This document shows, piece by piece, positions 10,223 to 18,703 of a stretch of 64,000 nucleotides of DNA. The first letter of the stretch is position 1, and each line of letters opens with the position of its first letter. The notes beneath the pieces are model-generated. The model was not told the DNA's origin, searched no databases, and was given only the letters and a program-made list of their open reading frames with translations. The stretch is from positions 1 through 64,000 of the forward strand of contig CAVXXK010000004.1 in NCBI GenBank assembly GCA_963765675.1. The letters run 5' to 3'. The translations under genes were made by a program, and so were the position numbers. The stretch is from an uncultured delta proteobacterium. Lineage in GTDB: Bacteria; Desulfobacterota; Binatia; Binatales; Binataceae.

Positions 10223-11557
10223 TCATGCATTGGCGCGGAAGGCTTCTTCTTTCGCGGCGGCCTCCAGCGGCAGGCCGCGGGTCTCATCGATCAACAGGCC
10301 GATCGCGATCGCGGCGGGAATGCCGAGCAGGCTTAGCCATCCGGTGACGCCGGCGATTCCGCCGAAGCTCGGGGCGAGGACCGAGATCGTCGCCTCGGCC
10401 GCGAGCGCGCCGCCCGCGCTGACCAGCGCGAACCATCCGATTATCGTCGCGCGCAGCGCAGTCGGAAAGAGTTCCGTGAACGCGGCGTTCGACGCGACCA
10501 TCAATGCGTTCGCGCAGGTGTTGAGAATGAGGAACGCGAAGCCGAGCCATAGCGCGGGATGCGCGAAATGCAGCGGCGGCCCCCAGAAGTAGCCGAGTGC
10601 CAGAGTTGAAACCGCGAGGCCTGAGACCACTATCGTCGGCACGCGGCCGAAGCGCTCCGCGGCCCATGCGCCGATTGGAAACCCGAGCATCCCGAAGCCC
10701 CCGCTGATGATCGTGAGCGCGCTCGCGATCGTGGGTGACAGTCCGACCGTCGAGACCGCGTGGAAGTAGGCCCACGAGTTGACGCCCTCACTCGAGATCG
10801 CAGCCAGCAGAGTGCAGACGATCAGCGTGATCGAGCGCTTGCGATAGAGCGGGGTGAAGACGTCGTAGAAACGGCTGCGGTCGGCGGCGCCCTCGCTCGC
10901 GACGATCGCCCATCGCTCGCTCTCCTTGATTCGCGAGACCATCGGCGCAATCGCAAGACCCGCTCCCGCCAGCACCAGGAGCCATCGCCACGAGATTCCG
11001 GTCGAGGTGACGATCGGCATCAGGAAGACACAAAATCCGCTGCCGGCGGCGCCGGCGATTCCTGCCCAGCTCTGGCCGCTCGCGCGCCGAGCGATAGGCA
11101 GGACCTCGGCAAGGATCACGATCGCCGAGGCGGCGGCCGCACCCAGGAATGCGTTCATCACGATCGCGCAACTGACGAACATCACCAGACTGGTCGAGGC
11201 GGCCGCGCCTAATGCAGCAAGCGGAATTACGATTGACGACCAGATCAGAACGCGGCGGCGTCCGGTTCGATCCACCATCCGCGACAACACCATCGAGCCT
11301 AGAGCCGCCAGCGCCAGCCATGCGAAGACTCGCGCCAGTGCTGATTCACTGAGCGTGAAACTCTTCGCGATCCACGGCGATGCGATCGAGACGATCGCCG
11401 CGGTGTAGCCCTGATACGCAAGCATCGCGACCAGTATCCACACGGTGGCGCGCACGCGGTTCCGGTTCTCGGCGGTATCGTAGATTTCCGGAAGCGGGTC
11501 GGAAAGCGGTTCGGATGAAAGCGGCGGAGCGGCCTCGGTTGGAATACTCATCTGCAC
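10223..11557 (-). CDS. MFS transporter
   Basis: About 12 hydrophobic segments; motif A variants SRMVDRTGRRR and AERFGRV; ELFPTALRAT. Confidence 0.9.
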   Translation of the reverse strand: MQMSIPTEAAPPLSSEPLSDPLPEIYDTAENRNRVRATVWILVAMLAYQGYTAAIVSIASPWIAKSFTLSESALARVFAWLALAALGSMVLSRMVDRTGRRRVLIWSSIVIPLAALGAAASTSLVMFVSCAIVMNAFLGAAAASAIVILAEVLPIARRASGQSWAGIAGAAGSGFCVFLMPIVTSTGISWRWLLVLAGAGLAIAPMVSRIKESERWAIVASEGAADRSRFYDVFTPLYRKRSITLIVCTLLAAISSEGVNSWAYFHAVSTVGLSPTIASALTIISGGFGMLGFPIGAWAAERFGRVPTIVVSGLAVSTLALGYFWGPPLHFAHPALWLGFAFLILNTCANALMVASNAAFTELFPTALRATIIGWFALVSAGGALAAEATISVLAPSFGGIAGVTGWLSLLGIPAAIAIGLLIDETRGLPLEAAAKEEAFRANA

Positions 11558-11566
11558 GCGCGTGCT

Positions 11567-12013
11567 CTACGCGCTGAGCTCGAAGACCGGATTGCTGGCG
11601 GCGATGGCGAGGAAGTCCTCGACCGGAGCGCCGGCGCGAATCGTGTAGAAGCGCTGAACCGAGGAGGCGAATCGATCGAGGAACTCTTTGATGACCGGCG
11701 GCCGCTCGGCCTCCGGCAGCTCGCGCACTTTGCAGGTCCACTGCTTGGCGCCCTTTTTCAAAATCACCGAGCCTGCGGTGCGCGCGTTGCGGACCCATCC
11801 GGTTTCGCCGCGGCTCGCGACCAGGTAGCGACGCCCGTTCATCTCGAGGACGTTGACCGGCGTCGAATAATCGCGTCCGGTTTTGCGGCCTCTGGTGATG
11901 AGCAAATAGTTGTGCGCAAAGCCGATTCCGAGGCGGATCAAAAATCCAAAGCTTTGGTTGAAGAATCGGTCAATCGAGGTTTCCTTGATGAACTTGACCG
12001 GATTTTCAGGCAT
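11567..12013 (-). CDS. Nitroreductase family deazaflavin (F420)-dependent oxidoreductase, DDN-like
   Basis: LLITRGRKTGRDYSTPV, LVAS.G.TGWVRN, NPVFEL. Confidence 0.8.
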   Translation of the reverse strand: MPENPVKFIKETSIDRFFNQSFGFLIRLGIGFAHNYLLITRGRKTGRDYSTPVNVLEMNGRRYLVASRGETGWVRNARTAGSVILKKGAKQWTCKVRELPEAERPPVIKEFLDRFASSVQRFYTIRAGAPVEDFLAIAASNPVFELSA

Positions 12014-12073
12014 CAGAGGGAACCTCGAAGATTGAATCATAGCCGAGCCGCACAATCGACGATAACTTTCTCA

Positions 12074-12410
12074 TTGGGTTCGTTAATGTGGCATTTTCGC
12101 TATTTGCGAAACTGTCAAGATCTGCCAGTAAAACATTGGCTTTCCTATCGAATTCAATTGGGTTCGTTTGAGTAAATTTTGGCGAGTTTTCGTCGTTGCT
12201 TTGCCCTGCTCTCTGACCGATTATTCCTTCGCCAGGCGGCGCCGCGGCCGACACTCGAAAGTGCGTAATTCGACCGACCGCGGTTTGTCTGCGTAGCGCA
12301 TCGCGGGGACTATTTTCGCAGATTAAAGAATCAAGCATAAGGTTGAACTGTTCAGCCTTATAATTTTGTTCGAAATGTGGGATCACGGAGTCCCGATTAA
12401 TCGAGTCAAG
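12074..12410. other. AT-rich non-coding motif array, copy A (similar to 62063-62306)
   Basis: Ordered motifs GGGTTCGTT, TGGCATTTT, CCAGTAAAAC, GGCTTT, GGGTTCGTTT, TTTTCGTCG, hairpin TAAGGTTGAACTGTTCAGCCTTA, AATTTTGT and GTCAAG shared with the 62 kb region. Confidence 0.5.
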
Positions 12411-12438
12411 AGGGACCTTTATTGCTTAGGTGCTGAAT

Positions 12439-12472
12439 TCCCTCTCCCTAAAAACAGTGATTGGGAGAGGGA
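12439..12472. repeat. CCCTCTCCC...GGGAGAGGG palindromic repeat
   Basis: TCCCTCTCCC-N14-GGGAGAGGGA; same family as 21078 and 59152. Confidence 0.55.
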
Positions 12473-12665
12473 TAATCAAGAAGCGGGCGCAGCATAAGAG
12501 CTTGATACGTTCACGTCAGCTAGATCGCGGATTGGAGAGATTGCGAGCCATCCGGCGGCGACCAGGTTCGCGCTCGCGCCGATCGCGAGCGTCGCCCGCA
12601 GTCCGATGATCTCGGCGAGAATCCCGCTGGCGAGCGTGCCGGCAGATCGAAATGCTCTTGCTGAA

Positions 12666-12869
12666 TCAGAACGCCTTGGGAAGTCCTGCCTGTTTCAGCA
12701 CCGCATTAGCGGTATGACGGGACAGGATTTTATTGTCCACCGTGAATGTGCGATTGGAGATCGGGCTGTGCCAAATCTCGTGGTCACCCCGTCCCTGCCG
12801 AACAAAATAGCATTTGGGATCGGAGTTGGTCAGGATCCGTTTTAGTTCCGGCGTGAAGCTCTTTGACAT
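12666..12869 (-). CDS. hicA: HicA-family toxin
   Basis: 67 aa basic protein with RQGRGDHEIW and TANAVLKQAGL. Confidence 0.85.
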   Translation of the reverse strand: MSKSFTPELKRILTNSDPKCYFVRQGRGDHEIWHSPISNRTFTVDNKILSRHTANAVLKQAGLPKAF

Positions 12870-12951
12870 CCAGAGGATGCTCAGATGTTTTAACGGGACC
12901 CGCAGCTCGCTTTATTTGGAGGCGAATAAAGCTCTTAGATATCCGGACTGA

Positions 12952-13200
12952 TCACGCGGGTTGCGGGCGAAGGCGTTCCGAATAGTGCGCGATGAGCTCG
13001 AGCGGGATTTCTTCCGCGTTTCGCTTCGGCAGGAGATTATTGGCTTCCAGAAGCTCGGGAACCATAATGCGCAGCTTGCGCATCAGGGTCTCCAGATCCG
13101 GGGCTTCGGTGACAAGACCGGGCACATCGTCGCTGCTCGCGACGTAAACCTTGGCCTCGTCATCCCACAGGGCATTCACAGTGATGGCTGACTGCGGCAT
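12952..13200 (-). CDS. DUF1902 / HicB-like antitoxin
   Basis: ALWDDEAKVYVASSDDVPGLVTEA..L..L..MVPELLEAN; lies just upstream of hicA. Confidence 0.8.
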   Translation of the reverse strand: MPQSAITVNALWDDEAKVYVASSDDVPGLVTEAPDLETLMRKLRIMVPELLEANNLLPKRNAEEIPLELIAHYSERLRPQPA

Positions 13201-13324
13201 CTACTTTCTCCTACAGACAGAACTACGATTCGGAATTGGCCCCGCTCGCCAACTTTTCATTATGGACGCGGGCCCCGCGCTAAAGGAAGATGCCAGCGCT
13301 AGCAACTATAGGAGTGCTATCGCG

Positions 13325-14847
13325 GTGACTACTGAGACTGGAACGAGCGCCGACACGGGAGCTCATCAACTCACGCCGTTTCTTTCCACGCCGCTTGGCT
13401 CGGGCGTGTGCATCGCGGTTTCGGCGGTCTGCTACTTCATTGCGATTCGATTTATCGATCTGTGGCCGTTCGCGCTGTTCGCACCGATGCCGATGCTGGC
13501 GGCGGCTTTTGCGGCGCCGTCGCGATCGCGCGCCCTGCTCTGCGCTTTTATCCCGATCTTCGTCGGGAGCTTCGGGCTGTGGAGCGCGGAATCATTTTTT
13601 CTTTCGACCTTTTTTTCGTAACCGCATACGCTTCGTTGTCGCTGATCGTCAGCGGACTGGTTTTGATCGCACGCGCCGCGGCCCGGCGATGGAGCAATGC
13701 CGGTGCGGCGCTGGTTTTCCCGATCCTCTACGCCGCGTTGAGCTTCGTCTTTTCGCGAACCACCCACGATGGAACCTGGGCCGACCCCGCCTACCGGATG
13801 GACGAGTTCCTCGCGCTCCTGCAACTCGCGTCGATCACGGGAATATGGGGAATCGTATTCGCGATGACGCTGCCCGCATCGGGGATTGCATTTGCGTGGT
13901 ATCGACTGGAGGGCGGCAGGCCGTGGCGCGCGCCGACGGCGGTTGCGCTCGGGATTTTTGGCGCAGCGCTGGTTTTCGGATTTGCGCGGCTCGCGACGGC
14001 GCCGAATCGGCCGACGGTGCGCGTAGCGATGATCGCGAGCGATCATGAGATTCGATATTCGCGCACCACCGACGAGAGCAAGGCGGCGGACCTGCTCACC
14101 TTCTATGCGAGCCAAATCCCGAAAGCAGCGGCGCAAGGCGCGCAGGTGGTGGTTCTTCCGGAGAAGATCGTGGGGGTGACCGCCGAAGATCGCGCGGCGC
14201 TGCAAAAGATCCTCTCGAGCGCCGCGAGCTCGTCGCACGTATGGCTAATCGCAGGAGTCAACGAAATCGGAAGCGCGCCGAACAGCAGTGCGACCAAGAT
14301 AAATGGGGCCAAGATAAATGCCGCATGGACCTTTTCGCCCGATGGCGCATTCGTCGGCGAGTATCACAAACATTACTTTGTGACGGGCTTCGAGGCCGGG
14401 TACCAGTCCGGCGATCGGATCGACGTGATGGACGCGCCGTGGGGCAAGACCGGCGTCGCGATCTGCAAGGACCTCGATTACCCGTGGTTCATTCGCAGCT
14501 ACGGCGCCAGAGACACTACCGTGATGTTCGTCCCGGCGTGGGATTGGGTCGGGCCGAACGCCGTGATGCATGAGCGGATGGCCACGGTGCGCGGAGTTGA
14601 GAACGGCTTCGCGATGGCACGCTCGGCGAAGACCGGATTCGTCACCGCGCACGACGCATACGGCCGCACGCTAGCTTCGAGCTCGACCTTCGCCGCGGAC
14701 CCCGCGATGGTCGTCGCCGACATTCCTCTAGGTCCGGGGACGACGCCCTACTCCCGCTTGGGCGACTGGTTCGGATGGCTCTGCATTATCGCGTCGCTGG
14801 TAATCCTCGTGGAGGTGCTGGTGCGGAGATCCTCAGGCGCGGAGTGA
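13325..14847 (+). pseudogene. Apolipoprotein N-acyltransferase-like membrane nitrilase-family protein; frameshift in the T7 run at 13610-13616
   Basis: N-terminal TM helices in one frame and the remainder in another; one extra T restores the frame. E-K-C triad: VVLPEK, YHKHY, ICKDLDY; RGVENG. Confidence 0.75.
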
Positions 14848-14897
14848 GGTCATTGAGAGTTTTCGCTCCAGGCGTCATTCCCGCGCACCTGGAGATC

Positions 14898-15131
14898 ATG
14901 ACGCTTCGCGTCGGCCGACGAGCCGTCGGCCACCACTGGCAGCGAACAGAGGAGCAGGCAGGAAAGACGCTCGGCTCCAAATCCGGTGTTGCTCGCGCGC
15001 GGCAGCCAGCGCGCAATCCCTAATTCCAACGATACCTGGCGCGCTTCATGTCTATACTTGCCCTTCCCCAGGATTGGCTTTCCCTTCTGCCAGTGGTGGC
15101 CGACGGCTCGTCAGCCGACACGAAGCCTCAT
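14898..15131. repeat. Inverted pair of 45-bp REP-like units (REPIN-like)
   Basis: ATGACGCTTCGCGTCGGCCGACGAGCCGTCGGCCACCACTGGCAG at 14898-14942 (+), a 3-mismatch copy at 15087-15131 (-) and an identical copy at 25113-25157. Confidence 0.8.
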
Positions 15132-15227
15132 CTCGGGGTTCATCGCAAAGTTGACAAAGGTGGTAAGTATCCCATGACTGCAGAAACGACAGATGAACCT
15201 CGTTATAATGATGGTGTAGGATTTGGT

Positions 15228-16178
15228 TTGAGTCTCCTACTTGCGCAATTATACGAACTTGGGGGACAGTGCTTCGCCGTGAAACGCTATGATCCGCGTT
15301 TTTTGCTTCCTATCGGTATGACGCAAGCAATGCGCGAATTGCCAACCGACCAAACACCGGAAAAGTTTTTTGGAAATCTGGCAACACTCATTATCATAAT
15401 GAGGAATGCTGTCGAACAGGGTCGAAAAGAGGGTCTTAACAAAGCCGTCGAGGCCATGGAACGGATTGTTGATTTTGCCACGGTCGTCTCAGATCCCGAA
15501 AGCCAAGAACACTTCAAGAGGGATCGCTCAGCGTTTGAAGTCTGGAAAAAATTGTTCAAGCCTCTTTTGGAGCACTTCGACTCTGCGTTGTCGATCGATA
15601 TCGAGCAACTCTACATTTATGTACTGGAAAAGAAGCGCGGTTACGCGGCCGACGTGCTGCTTCAGCACATTGAGGAAGTTCTTCCGGAAGACGATCGCGA
15701 AGGTCTCTCCGAATTCGCGCGCGATAACATGCAGGAAGCAGGCGCATGCTTAGCATTTCATCGTTTTACGGCCAGTGGCTATCACATGGCGCGAGCCGTT
15801 GAAGATGTCGCGCGACGATACTACGAATTGGTAAAAGGTCAGTCGCAGAAGATTACCGCAAAAAACAATGAGACCCGCGATAGAACACTTGCACAGATCG
15901 CAGGCGAGTTTGAGGACATCCTAAGGAATTGGAACGGCAGAGATGATCCTGGTCTTTTAGGGTTGATCACTCCAACTTTACGGCAGTTTTGCCGGATCTA
16001 TCGCGACTCGCTCGCACATGCAGACTTAGAACTCAAGGAACTTTCTCCGAACGAAGCCGAAGTCGCTTTCGGTCACGCAGTTAGCGCGATCTCAACGATG
16101 CTGGAAGATGCACGCATGGGCGGACCGCATCTTGCGGGGGGATTAGATTGGACTGGGATGTTTGTTGATGGCACCTGA
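15228..16178 (+). CDS. IS passenger protein with a C-terminal HEPN/DUF4145-like domain
   Basis: Lower GC than the flanks; EAGACLAF...ASGYHMARAVE helix and RxxxxH (YRDSLAH). Start probably TTG 15228 (AGGA RBS at 15218, TATAAT at 15204); alternative ATG 15174. Confidence 0.65.
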   Translation: MSLLLAQLYELGGQCFAVKRYDPRFLLPIGMTQAMRELPTDQTPEKFFGNLATLIIIMRNAVEQGRKEGLNKAVEAMERIVDFATVVSDPESQEHFKRDRSAFEVWKKLFKPLLEHFDSALSIDIEQLYIYVLEKKRGYAADVLLQHIEEVLPEDDREGLSEFARDNMQEAGACLAFHRFTASGYHMARAVEDVARRYYELVKGQSQKITAKNNETRDRTLAQIAGEFEDILRNWNGRDDPGLLGLITPTLRQFCRIYRDSLAHADLELKELSPNEAEVAFGHAVSAISTMLEDARMGGPHLAGGLDWTGMFVDGT

Positions 16179-16374
16179 CGAGAAGCAATTGACGCAAAAC
16201 ACGCTCGCACCGAAACCTGCCGACCGAATTGATATTCCGATTCCGACGCGTGGCGATTTTTTCCGAACTCTACAGACACGCTACTGTCGCGCCGAATCGC
16301 GGAAGTCGGCGCGTGAAGCGACGCGGGAAAGCAAAGCCATGAAATGCCCGCGCGGATCGTCTTTGTGGTTGTAG
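16168..16374 (+). CDS. Small hypothetical protein inside the IS
   Basis: ATG overlaps the end of the HEPN gene; core TQNT..DIPIPTRGDFFRTL; its 3' part overlaps the transposase end on the opposite strand. Confidence 0.35.
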   Translation: MAPDEKQLTQNTLAPKPADRIDIPIPTRGDFFRTLQTRYCRAESRKSAREATRESKAMKCPRGSSLWL

Positions 16375-17259
16375 CGCCAAGCGTACTCGTTCAAGTCGTT
16401 CTGCAAAAACTTCGCAGAGAGATTGTGATAGACGCCTGAGATTCCGCGCTTCGCGAGCGACCAGAATCCTTCCAGCGTATTTACGTGCGCTGCCCCGCTC
16501 ACGTAAACCTTTTGTGTGTGATGCACGCGCCCATGTTCATATCCCATCGATCGCAATGAATCGTAAACCGGCGCTTCGTCCGTAAAGATCACAGTGGCGC
16601 GCATCACGTGCTCGCGAATCGGCGGCAGGATATAACCCTTCCATGGCAGCGGCAGAACCGACGCCACTACCTTGGCGTGTTTGTCGCCCGACTTGCGCTG
16701 AACCATGCCCATTACCGGAGTCTTTGACATATGCGGATGCTTCGAGCGCTTGTTCAGGTGCTTGTTAGCTTCTTTGCCGCCGACATACAATTTCGTCGAT
16801 TTCGACGAGCCCAGACATTGGTGATCCGTCATCGTCAAAGAGCGTGCGCAGGCGATTGAAGATGCGCCACGCGCATTTGTAGGTAACGCCAATCTCACGG
16901 CCTAGCTGTTTCGCGGAGATGCCGCATCGGGTGCTTGTCATCAAGTACATTCCGTAAAACCAGAGATGCAGCGAAGTGGCCGACTTGTGGAAGATCGTTC
17001 CCGCAGTCGGATGCAGGTGATAGCCGCACGCCTGACACGTCCACGATTGGCGTTGCTGTTTAGTCGCATAACGAGCGAACGCGCGAGTTGCCTTGCACTT
17101 TGGGCAATGCGCGTGCTCGCCGTCTGGCGACAAACGGTTTTTCCAAAGCCATTGCAGGCAGACTTCATCGTCGGGAAAGTCCGTCATGAACTCCATGAGA
17201 GAATAGGACGAATCCGACGACGGGCAACGCGTTGGACTCTTTCGATTTGTTCGCGACAT
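16281..17259 (-). pseudogene. IS1595-family DDE transposase with a +1 frameshift at ~16791
   Basis: Zn ribbon CPKC..CQACG, AGTIFHKS, GISAKQL, VEIDE/YVGG, FTDE, HVNTLEGFWS..KRGI.GVYH..NEYAWRYN. Confidence 0.9.
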
Positions 17260-17265
17260 GGGTTA

Positions 17266-17294
17266 AACATAACCCATTCGATTTATACAGTCAA
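17266..17294 (-). promoter_or_regulatory. Putative transposase promoter, -35 inside the TIR
   Basis: Minus strand TTGACT-17 bp-TATGTT with 6 nt to ATG 17259 (leaderless geometry). Confidence 0.5.
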
Positions 17295-17313
17295 GGGATA
17301 CTTGCCACAAAGG

Positions 17314-17342
17314 TTGACAAATGAACGTTCATTCAATAGAGT
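17314..17342 (+). promoter_or_regulatory. Sigma70-type promoter with palindromic TetR-like operator
   Basis: TTGACA-17 bp-TAGAGT; the spacer contains the perfect palindrome AATGAACGTTCATT (17320-17333). Confidence 0.75.
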
Positions 17343-17391
17343 CCACGCAGTGAATGGCGCGCTGCTACGGTCCTTTTTCTTTGCGCCGCGC

Positions 17392-18081
17392 ATGACTCCG
17401 ATGGCTGAAGCTCTTCGATCTGTTCCCCACGATGACGCGCTGGTTAAACAGCGGCGGCGGCAGATTTTTTTGGCCGCTTGCCGGGTGCTGGAACGGAAAT
17501 CTTTTCACGAGGCCTCAGTTAAAGAGTTCGCCCTCGAGGCCGGGATCGCGGCGGGATCGATCTATGTCTATCTGCAGGGCAAGGACGAAATCCTGCTCCT
17601 GATCGGCGAGTCCATGGTCGCGGAGCTGATCGACGCGCTGCCGATAATTCGCGAGCGTGGCGGTGACGATCCGCGGCGCGAGCTGATCGCGATGATGCGC
17701 ACGATTCTCGACGTGATCGATCGCTATCGCGACGCGTTCAACGTGCTGCATCACGAGGGGCGCTACCTGGCGCGGCGGCCGCGCTACCGCCCCGCGATGA
17801 GCGCGGTGAGCGATCGCTATTTCAAGGCGGTTGGAGAAGTGCTCGAACGTGGACGCGCCGCCGGCGTGATCCACTTTGAGAACCTGAACAGCGCCGTGCA
17901 TATCATCCACATGCTGTGCGCCGGATGGGCGACCGGCGGAAAAGCGCTGGCGGGAATCGACAAGGAAACCTACTGGCGCGAGATCGCCGGGATAATCGAA
18001 GGCCGCTTTTTTGCGGCTTCAAGTCCGAAGCCGGCGGGACGGCATCACGCGCCCGAGCTTCGGCAACTCGAGGAGTCATAG
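17392..18081 (+). CDS. TetR/AcrR family transcriptional regulator
   Basis: RRRQIFLAA..LERKSFHEASVKEFALEAGIAAGSIYVYLQGKDEIL HTH; start 17392 or 17401. Confidence 0.92.
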   Translation: MTPMAEALRSVPHDDALVKQRRRQIFLAACRVLERKSFHEASVKEFALEAGIAAGSIYVYLQGKDEILLLIGESMVAELIDALPIIRERGGDDPRRELIAMMRTILDVIDRYRDAFNVLHHEGRYLARRPRYRPAMSAVSDRYFKAVGEVLERGRAAGVIHFENLNSAVHIIHMLCAGWATGGKALAGIDKETYWREIAGIIEGRFFAASSPKPAGRHHAPELRQLEES

Positions 18082-18084
18082 ACG

Positions 18085-18702
18085 ATGGCATTCTACGACC
18101 GGCGCACGCTCGACGGCGTTTACAGCGTCCGCGAAAGCGTCAACCAGATCATGAACTACCGCTACGCCGAAGAACGGATGATGCGGATGATGGCGGGATG
18201 GATCGCGATCACGCCGGAAGTTCCGGTGAAGCTCGAGATGGCGCGGCAGGTTTACGAAGACGCGCTCCATACCGACGCGCTCGGCAAACGGTTGCCGGAG
18301 CTGCGCGCGCAGGCACAGGTCTCGAAGCCGGCCAATGAAAACTTCGTCACCTTCATGCAGGAGATCGAAGACAAGGAACAGTGGGAAGAGACCATCGAGC
18401 GGCTGACCGGAATCTACCGCGTGCTGAAGCCGCATCTGATTTCGCATTACAGCGCGCTGATCAGCGCCGCGAACCCGGTTTATGAGCCGCCGACGATCCG
18501 GATCCTCGAGCGGATGCTCGAAGAAGAAAGCGCGCACGTCGAAAAGGGGCTCGTGCTGCTGCGCGATCTCCTCGATTCGCCGGAGAAGCATCGCCGCGCC
18601 GCGCAGTGGCAATCGCATCTGGAAGAACTGCTCGCGGCCTCGGGCGGAGTCACCGGCTTCGAGGCCGAGAAGGAGGCGCCGAGAAAGTTCGGCCGCAGTT
18701 AA
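18085..18702 (+). CDS. Ferritin-like four-helix-bundle protein with an incomplete diiron ligand set
   Basis: YAEE, EDALH and EESAH spaced as in ferritin-like folds; Lys (VLKPH) at the apparent third-ligand position. Confidence 0.7.
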   Translation: MAFYDRRTLDGVYSVRESVNQIMNYRYAEERMMRMMAGWIAITPEVPVKLEMARQVYEDALHTDALGKRLPELRAQAQVSKPANENFVTFMQEIEDKEQWEETIERLTGIYRVLKPHLISHYSALISAANPVYEPPTIRILERMLEEESAHVEKGLVLLRDLLDSPEKHRRAAQWQSHLEELLAASGGVTGFEAEKEAPRKFGRS

Positions 18703-18703
18703 G

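Larger units (their letters stand above)
15162..17306 (-). mobile_element. IS1595-family element carrying passenger gene(s) (transporter IS)
   Basis: TIRs GGTAAGTATCCCATGACTG (15162-15180) and GGCAAGTATCCCTTGACTG (reverse complement of 17288-17306); 8-bp direct repeat ACAAAGGT at 15154-15161 and 17307-17314; internal IS1595 transposase. Confidence 0.93.

Noticed and set aside
12006-12386. 126-aa minus-strand ORF as a real gene
   Set aside because: AT-rich with no recognisable motifs, overlaps the DDN start, and the related 62 kb region keeps DNA motifs but not the reading frame.
16780-16800. Programmed ribosomal frameshift in the IS1595 transposase
   Set aside because: No slippery heptamer is visible, the shift falls in the conserved DE-x-YVGG motif, and IS1595 transposases are normally single ORFs.
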